A stretch of 33,635 nt of DNA from a bacterium (lineage in GTDB: Bacteria > Hydrothermota > Tepidihabitantia > SM23-42), in the NCBI GenBank assembly GCA_029933705.1, contig JAOZNQ010000004.1:1-33635 (forward strand), in the 5' to 3' direction. Positions 28,288-33,635 of the stretch are shown here, piece by piece. Position 1 is the first letter of the stretch. Each line of letters starts with the position of its first letter. The position numbers were made by a program, and so were the translations under genes. The notes under the pieces are model-generated. The model saw only the letters and a list, made by a program, of their open reading frames with translations. It was not told where the DNA came from and searched no databases.

Positions 28288-28593
28288 TTAACTTTTCACT
28301 ACCTGTATACCCATTATTTTGACTCCGTCTTCTGTTTTTACCGATAATGTTGCTGGTTCTGTAATGAGACACTGTCCTTCTTCAATATTTACTTTCTGTT
28401 GATTAACCCTTACCTCTGCCGTTCCTTTAATAACATAAAAGATGACGTAAGAAGACATTTTACAATCCGGTATCTCTCCACCAGGTGAGAGTTCGATAAT
28501 CCTTACCTTGAATTCCTTAGCCTCGTAAAAGACATTCTTTCCTCTTTCCTCATAAGGATATACCTTCATTGTTTTAACATCAAATACTTGCAT
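28288..28593 (-). CDS. Cupin-domain protein (cassette 3)
   Basis: ELSPGGEIP, IFYVIKG.AEV.V......EEGQ cupin pattern; metal-binding His residues not evident. Confidence 0.75.
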   Translation of the reverse strand: MQVFDVKTMKVYPYEERGKNVFYEAKEFKVRIIELSPGGEIPDCKMSSYVIFYVIKGTAEVRVNQQKVNIEEGQCLITEPATLSVKTEDGVKIMGIQVVKS

Positions 28594-29146
28594 TATTTAC
28601 CTCCTGATTTTGCTTTATTGCTTTTTTAATCAGCCACTCTATAGATATTCCCATTACTACCACAAAAATAATTGTTAGAACAAGTCTTGTTACCATAAAT
28701 TTGAACCCAAGGAATTGAAGTTCTATCATTTCCTGTGGAAGTTTTATACATGCCCACGCAGAGAGGAAGGCAATGATACATGATATTTTAGCTCCTTTCT
28801 TAAGTAAAGCAGAGGCCATTGGGAAAGCTGCATAAAGGGGACCCGTTGGTAATGCACCCATCAATATACCAAGAAAAACTGCTTTTATTCCAGCAGTTTT
28901 GCCCAGATGCTTTACAATCATTTCTTTTGGCACAAACACACTAAAAAGACCCATCAATATCATTACAGCGGGAAGTATCAAAATCATTTCTATGAAAAAC
29001 TTTCGTGATGCTGTGAATACAGGCGTTCGTTTATCAGGAAAGATCGACAATAAAATTATTGCAATAATTAAGGTAGCTCCAAGAATGATAATATCACGTT
29101 TCACTCCGTGCCTTTGTATTTCTTTTTCTTTAGCATAACCTCTCAT
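28580..29146 (-). CDS. Permease subunit, DUF318/ArsP-like (cassette 3)
   Basis: IVKHLG, GALPTGPLYAAFPMASALLKKGA, ELQFLG..F...RL. Confidence 0.8.
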   Translation of the reverse strand: MRGYAKEKEIQRHGVKRDIIILGATLIIAIILLSIFPDKRTPVFTASRKFFIEMILILPAVMILMGLFSVFVPKEMIVKHLGKTAGIKAVFLGILMGALPTGPLYAAFPMASALLKKGAKISCIIAFLSAWACIKLPQEMIELQFLGFKFMVTRLVLTIIFVVVMGISIEWLIKKAIKQNQEVNNASI

Positions 29147-29631
29147 AGAATCGCCCCCATGAGAATACCGATGATAATAGCAATAAGAAAACTTATTCCG
29201 TTTCTCAGTAAAGCCATTTTCATCCCCAATTCTTTTATTTCTAAGGGCAGTGTAACCATACCTATCATTGTCAGGGTGGTTATAAATACTGCAACTGATG
29301 TAATCGAGGCTCCATTTTTAAGTAAAGACGCCGCTAAGGGAAAGGAAACCAGAGAGGGGATATGTAACAATGCTCCTAATAGTGCCACAATAAGCACTCC
29401 ACCAAAACCTGCCCGTTCGCCAACGATTTTAGAAATTTGACTCTGGGGGACGAACCCCAGAAGCAGACCTATAAGGATTATAATAATAAGAACAGTAGGT
29501 AGAATATGAAAGAATGACTTCAATGCCACGATTAATGCTTGTCTTGCTTTCGCCCGACTTTTGATAAATGCAGATATTAAACACCCGAAAGCAAAAACAT
29601 TTATAAATATGACAGTTGTATTCATAGGCAT
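29143..29631 (-). CDS. Permease subunit, DUF318/ArsP-like (cassette 3)
   Basis: ISKIVG, FPLAASLLKNGAS, TLPLEIKELG..ALLRN. Confidence 0.8.
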   Translation of the reverse strand: MPMNTTVIFINVFAFGCLISAFIKSRAKARQALIVALKSFFHILPTVLIIIILIGLLLGFVPQSQISKIVGERAGFGGVLIVALLGALLHIPSLVSFPLAASLLKNGASITSVAVFITTLTMIGMVTLPLEIKELGMKMALLRNGISFLIAIIIGILMGAIL

Positions 29632-29669
29632 TCCCTTTTTACATTTAATTTTAAATATTTAGCAACGTC

Positions 29670-29758
29670 CCCTAACGTTCTCAGCATTAAAGAAGTTTTT
29701 GCGAAGCAAAAATTTGGGTGAGTGCCGTAAGGCACGAACCTTTTATGCTGTGTTATAT
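29670..29758 (-). mobile_element. attC site 2 (intact)
   Basis: R'' ATATAAC, L'' CAGCATAAAAG / L' CTTTAATGCTG, R' GTTAGGG, internal hairpins; R'' TCATATAAC is complementary to the cassette start GTTATATGA at 31797. Confidence 0.9.
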
Positions 29759-29770
29759 GAAGTGGCGGTT

Positions 29771-30604
29771 TCATTTTGTTACTATCAACACTTTTGTAAC
29801 TGCTGTATATGTTCTCTTGCCAAAAGTAAAAACAATCTCATCATTTTTTGAGACCGTTTCCTCATCAAAGAAATTATCAATCTTTTGAAACACAAGAGCA
29901 AAATCTCTTTTCAATTCCCAACTTCTTTCAGGATTTTCTTTGTCTAACAAGACAACAAATAATCTGTTATCGGCTCCAAATCTCTGAGCGCCTTGATTTT
30001 CATACATCCAAATTGCTAACTCTTTAGGGTTTTCTACTGCATAAATCGGATTGTAATCTCGTGGCAGATAGGTTACCTTTAAATCAAACGGTTGACCATC
30101 AAAGAAGATGTCAATTCCTTTTATATTTTTGATAGTAGGAATTACTTTGGGGTGAGTGCTTATATGTTCTTCAATCAATACTGTCGTCCAATGATTGAAC
30201 CAGGTACATATTACATAATTGCTTACATCGTTATGAAGTTTAGCTTTAACATTATTCAACAAGTCATCATACCTTACAAATCTTCTTACATATTCCGCCT
30301 GTATCTTTTGGTCTAATTGTCCCTGAACCACACCCCACGAAAAAGTTTTAACCTTCATTAATTCCTTTTTTAAATCTTCATCTGAAATAATAGCTCTTCG
30401 TTCTTCGATTCTCTCTCTATATCTTTGTTTAATAAATTCGTTAACAATCTCCTCATTCGGTTGTCTTTCAAAAATCCTCTTAATAATCTCGGTTGCCTTT
30501 CCGCTATTAGAAACACCCAACTCTGACGCCAGTATTTTTAACTGTGGCACTTTAATACAACTGAGTTTCAAATTCAAAACCTCTTTCTGGCTCAATAATG
30601 GCAT
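29771..30604 (-). CDS. Putative type II restriction endonuclease (PD-(D/E)xK) with N-terminal SAP-like motif (cassette 2)
   Basis: GIDIFFDGQPFDLKVT catalytic-like motif; adjacent to the MTase; SD GGAGG. Confidence 0.7.
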   Translation of the reverse strand: MPLLSQKEVLNLKLSCIKVPQLKILASELGVSNSGKATEIIKRIFERQPNEEIVNEFIKQRYRERIEERRAIISDEDLKKELMKVKTFSWGVVQGQLDQKIQAEYVRRFVRYDDLLNNVKAKLHNDVSNYVICTWFNHWTTVLIEEHISTHPKVIPTIKNIKGIDIFFDGQPFDLKVTYLPRDYNPIYAVENPKELAIWMYENQGAQRFGADNRLFVVLLDKENPERSWELKRDFALVFQKIDNFFDEETVSKNDEIVFTFGKRTYTAVTKVLIVTK

Positions 30605-30615
30605 ATTACTTCCTC

Positions 30616-31773
30616 CTATTTTTTCTTAAAAAGCATAATATATTCATGCTTGAAGATATAAAATCCACCAACTAATGCTCTATATCGCCAAAGTTCTTTT
30701 TGGTTTCTTTTCCCCCGTGTTTCTTCAAAGTTCTTTACAATGATACTTTTCAATAAATACCCTCTTTTTAGCACCTCTTGCATACAATAAAAACCTAAAG
30801 GTATCCATTCACCCTTAGAGTATTTGTCCCCAATAACAAGAGCAAAATATCTTCCTTTCTCTAAGAATGGGGTTGCATTATCTACTACCTCGCCAAACAT
30901 CTTTAAAAATTCTTTGGTATTCTTTGCATTTGATAGGTCTTTTTCATCTTTTGAAAACTTAATAATGTCATGATACGGTGGATGCATAATAAGAAGTTGA
31001 ACTTGATTTATCTTATGTTTCTCTAAAACTTCCTTAATGTTAATTGTCCTGCTATCACCAATTATTACCTCTGTGGTTACTTTATATCTATTATATTCTT
31101 TATCAATCAATTCTTTTGCCTTTTGTGCGACTTCTTGATTCAATTCTATCCCGATGCCATTCCTTCCTAACCGCTCGCATTCTATCAAAGTAGTTCCACT
31201 TCCAACAAAGGCATCTAAAACCCAGTCTCCTTTTTTAGTATATCTTAACATCATTTGATGAGGGATTTGAGGGATGAAATTACCCCAATACCAGGCAAGA
31301 TGAGCTCCTGAAGAATCTCTTTTATCTAATATCCAAAGACTATCTGTTGTGATTTCATCATATTCTTTCCATCTTAGAAGATTTATATCATTGATCTTAT
31401 TAGTCTTTACTTTTTGAACACCATTTTTTAGTCGTTTCAAATAGTATTTTGCTCTCTTAAGTGTCCTTGCTTCTAAAATCTGATTTAATTCAGAAATTAA
31501 AACATCTCTACGTAAAGAAATCGTATCCCCGTTTAGATCTATATTTAATAGTCCTTCTCGATCGTTTCTAGGAGAATTTATAATTTCCTTTAGGAATATA
31601 ATTTTATTTTTTAACAAAGATGGATTATTTTGATCGTTTATTCCCTCCAAGAAAGAGACCAATTTCTCTTTATTGAATATAACTGTTCCATAAGTAAAAG
31701 GCGCTGATTCCAAATTCTTAAAAAGGGTTGTTTGCTTATCTTTATTATTCATAGCTTTTATTCCTTTACTCAT
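30616..31773 (-). CDS. Amino (N4-C/N6-A) DNA methyltransferase (cassette 2)
   Basis: GNFIPQIP, motif I DAFVGSGTT, GIELN, motif IV HPPY. Confidence 0.9.
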   Translation of the reverse strand: MSKGIKAMNNKDKQTTLFKNLESAPFTYGTVIFNKEKLVSFLEGINDQNNPSLLKNKIIFLKEIINSPRNDREGLLNIDLNGDTISLRRDVLISELNQILEARTLKRAKYYLKRLKNGVQKVKTNKINDINLLRWKEYDEITTDSLWILDKRDSSGAHLAWYWGNFIPQIPHQMMLRYTKKGDWVLDAFVGSGTTLIECERLGRNGIGIELNQEVAQKAKELIDKEYNRYKVTTEVIIGDSRTINIKEVLEKHKINQVQLLIMHPPYHDIIKFSKDEKDLSNAKNTKEFLKMFGEVVDNATPFLEKGRYFALVIGDKYSKGEWIPLGFYCMQEVLKRGYLLKSIIVKNFEETRGKRNQKELWRYRALVGGFYIFKHEYIMLFKKK

Positions 31774-31790
31774 TTTGAAACCTCCATTTC

Positions 31791-31857
31791 ATATAACCTC
31801 CTGTTAAGTGACCCCGATAGGGGCAAGGTGCAAAGCACCGCAGAGCGCCCGATGCAC
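31791..31857 (-). mobile_element. attC site 1 (left arm/R'' apparently deleted)
   Basis: R' GTTATAT present, with internal hairpins; the flank GTGCATCGGGC mirrors the cassette start GCCCGATGCAC, but the expected ...GCTCAAC R'' is missing. Confidence 0.7.
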
Positions 31858-31864
31858 AACAGCA

Positions 31865-32545
31865 TTAAACCTCATCCTCCTTTTTCGGTTGCTTAAATCG
31901 TTCTAACAGTTGTTTTCTTTCTTCTTCTACATCTTCCTTTGTATACATAATTACTTTTATTTTATGAAACCCAGTAGAAAGATGGTGAATATCTTTTTTG
32001 ATTTCTTCTACATTTTTAGCTATTTTGTATAAAGGTGGTTCACCCAATTGGCTTAAACCAATTAGCTGAGAAAAATCAATCATATATACATCCTTGTATG
32101 TTTTACCTATGCTATTTTGATAAGTAACCCTAATTTCAAAAGGCTTTTTTGTTTTTTCTTCAAAATTCTCAATTGTTAAAAAAAATTGTAGTTTTTGGTT
32201 AGGAGCAAGGTATTTTAGACCATTTTTCATAAAACCCAACTCAGATAGGAATTTACCTTTCATATATTCAAAATCTGGGTTAATCTCAAATTTTATATTG
32301 TAGGCCGGTCCTAACCCTATGTTTTGTATGACCATATCTATAAGATTTATCCATTCTTCTCTTGGTTGAATGGTTACTGAAACTTTCAGTTCTGTTTGAG
32401 CTTCTCTCATTTTTCTAGTTTCTGAAACCAGTTTCCATGTCAAAATGGCATATACTATAGTAGCAATGGCTACAACTGCTGAAAATATTACAGCAAAAGC
32501 TCCGCTATTTTCGTTTAGGAATTCCACTAATCCCATTATTTTCAC
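31865..32545 (-). CDS. Single-TM hypothetical protein (cassette 1)
   Basis: N-terminal TM AFAVIFSAVVAIATIVYAILTW, then QNIGLGPAYNI beta-rich domain; AT-rich. Confidence 0.8.
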   Translation of the reverse strand: MKIMGLVEFLNENSGAFAVIFSAVVAIATIVYAILTWKLVSETRKMREAQTELKVSVTIQPREEWINLIDMVIQNIGLGPAYNIKFEINPDFEYMKGKFLSELGFMKNGLKYLAPNQKLQFFLTIENFEEKTKKPFEIRVTYQNSIGKTYKDVYMIDFSQLIGLSQLGEPPLYKIAKNVEEIKKDIHHLSTGFHKIKVIMYTKEDVEEERKQLLERFKQPKKEDEV

Positions 32546-32580
32546 CCTCTATTCCTAATCTTGGTGCATCGGGCATTTCC

Positions 32581-32657
32581 GCTCAACTTGGTTATATCCG
32601 CACTTTTGGTGCTGATATGATTCCAATTTTGGAGGATATCCGCACTTAGTTCGGATA
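32581..32657 (-). mobile_element. Integron attI site
   Basis: GGATATAACCAA-GTTGAGC core; 12-bp direct repeat AAGTGCGGATAT at 32594-32605 and 32636-32647; lies between the integrase tail and the first cassette. Confidence 0.7.
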
Positions 32658-32690
32658 TATTACCTTTCTCTGAATGTTGCCATAATGTTT

Positions 32691-32792
32691 TCATTCTTCA
32701 CCTCTTCCATTAAGATTTATGGTATCTATCGGGCTCACTATCTTTCCCAGATTTTTTGCACTAATATGGGTATAAATTTCCGTGTTTAACAT
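32691..32792 (-). pseudogene. intI: Integron integrase C-terminal remnant (33 aa)
   Basis: MLNTEIYTHISAKNLGKIVSPIDTINLNGRGEE*, matching the TTxIYTHV...SPLD tail of IntI-type tyrosine recombinases. Confidence 0.8.
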
Positions 32793-32829
32793 CACATAAT
32801 AATATATAGCAAAGAAAAGCAAAAAGTCA

Positions 32830-32905
32830 AGTCTTTTTTGCCGTATGTCCTATATAGGTTTTTCCAGTTGTTGATGATTACAGGATATAGACATAGAATG
32901 TGCAT
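32830..32905 (-). pseudogene. GIY-YIG nuclease N-terminal relic
   Basis: The +1 frame from ATG 32905 reads TFYVYIL*SSTTGKTYIGHTA. Confidence 0.65.
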
Positions 32906-32916
32906 TTTTTTTTGAG

Positions 32917-32988
32917 CTCCTCGGGCAGGACTCGAACCTGCAACCCTCCGGTTAACAGCCGGATGCTCTACCATTGAGCTACCGAGGA
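32917..32988 (-). tRNA. tRNA-Asn (GTT), CCA not encoded
   Basis: Acceptor stem TCCTCGG/CCGAGGA, D arm GCTC/GAGC, anticodon arm TCCGG-CTGTTAA-CCGGA, T loop GGTTCGAGTCC. Confidence 0.97.
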
Positions 32989-33118
32989 ATCTTGTTATTC
33001 AAAAACTTCTTCTTATTAGTATTCTTTAAACTTTCAGTCACATAAACCGTAAACATAATCTTTTCTTTTCCTCAACAGCCCTCGCCTGAGGCGAGTCCGA
33101 CTCTGGCGGAATCGTTGT

Positions 33119-33146
33119 ATTATATAGATTTTCGTGCAGTTGTCAA
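33119..33146 (-). promoter_or_regulatory. Promoter TTGACA-16-TATAAT for tRNA-Asn
   Basis: Perfect hexamers. Confidence 0.75.
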
Positions 33147-33164
33147 TTGATTTTTGTTTCTGCT

Positions 33165-33201
33165 AAAAGAGAAGCCCCTTTGCGGGGGCTTCTCTTTTTT
33201 T
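33165..33201 (-). terminator. Intrinsic terminator after the cold-shock gene
   Basis: AAAAGAGAAGCCCC...GGGGCTTCTCTTTT palindrome with A/T tracts. Confidence 0.85.
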
Positions 33202-33202
33202 C

Positions 33203-33409
33203 TTATGCGTGTTCGACTTTAATGGCTTTATCCCCCTTAGGGGTCTGGCTTATCTCAAACTTAACTCTTTCGCCTTCATGTAAAGTCCGATAACCTTCAC
33301 CAATAATATCAGAGAAGTGCACAAATATATCACCGTTGCCATCCTCTCGTTCGATAAAACCAAAGCCCTTCTTACTATCGAACCACTTCACCTTTCCGTA
33401 GGTTGGCAC
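33203..33409 (-). CDS. Cold-shock domain protein (start GTG 33409)
   Basis: [22 protein letters not shown]; SD AAAGGAGG before the GTG. Confidence 0.95.
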   Translation of the reverse strand: MPTYGKVKWFDSKKGFGFIEREDGNGDIFVHFSDIIGEGYRTLHEGERVKFEISQTPKGDKAIKVEHA

Positions 33410-33490
33410 AGAACCTCCTTTCAAGCCTTATATAAGTTCGAGAATATGTAAGACTTACACATCCTCCAACACACGGTTTGGCTTATTTTC

Positions 33491-33518
33491 ATTTTAGCCA
33501 AAATTTGAAATTTGTCAA
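33491..33518 (-). promoter_or_regulatory. Promoter TTGACA-16-TAAAAT for the cold-shock gene
   Basis: Hexamers read directly. Confidence 0.7.
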
Positions 33519-33535
33519 TGGTTTATTTTTTTATT

Positions 33536-33569
33536 AAAAAGCAGGGGTCGGTAAAAACCGACCCCTGCT
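33536..33569 (-). terminator. Intrinsic terminator
   Basis: AGCAGGGGTCGGT...ACCGACCCCTGCT followed by a T-tract on the minus strand. Confidence 0.88.
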
Positions 33570-33589
33570 GACTTAACAATCCCTTATTT

Positions 33590-33635
33590 TTATTTAATCA
33601 TCACGGTCTTTTTCGTGCTCGTGTATTCGTCGGTG
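33590..33635 (-). CDS. 3' end of a gene entering from outside the window (..TDEYTSTKKTVMIK*), likely T9SS/FlgD-type tail
   Basis: KxxxxK* ending like the protein at 16783; followed by a terminator. Confidence 0.5.
   Translation of the reverse strand, partial: TDEYTSTKKTVMIK

Noticed and set aside
28190-28372. Short ORFs crossing attC3 (60 aa and the start of the 73-aa ORF)
   Set aside because: They translate the palindromic attC sequence or overlap the cupin gene
20969-32917. Prophage, ICE or tRNA-integrated island with att duplication
   Set aside because: No phage or conjugation genes, and I did not see a second copy of the tRNA 3' end near serS
32792-32974. 60-aa ORF MVEHPAVNRR...
   Set aside because: It is a translation of the tRNA-Asn gene and the off-frame GIY-YIG relic

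Overview
This is a bacterial chromosomal window from a diderm organism. LptD, a PpiD/SurA chaperone and proteins with T9SS/FlgD-type C-terminal tails suggest an FCB-related candidate lineage such as WOR-3 (inference). Positions 1-21 kb are mostly housekeeping: gap-pgk-tpiA, a Na+/solute symporter with a small partner ORF, secG-rplU-rpmA, a patch of short tandem repeats, comM/yifB, deoB-cdd-(pseudo-cyclase/AAA/TPR)-lptD, larA-like-ppiD, a secreted kelch/Ig protein and serS. Positions 21-33 kb form an accessory/defence island, all on the minus strand, between serS and tRNA-Asn. The island contains (i) a four-gene operon with an unknown protein, two different DUF2791/BrxD-like ATPases (one with an N-terminal PcrA/CarD-like Tudor motif) and an Lhr-type helicase, but no pgl/BREX or TerB genes; (ii) a CorA-like 2-TM orphan; and (iii) a decayed co-oriented integron downstream of tRNA-Asn. 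The integron keeps a 33-codon integrase C-terminal remnant, attI, attC sites and cassettes (a membrane protein; a type II R-M pair; a permease pair plus cupin), and a GIY-YIG relic lies between it and the tRNA. Across the window, sigma70-type promoters mostly have a 16-bp spacer and many genes appear leaderless.
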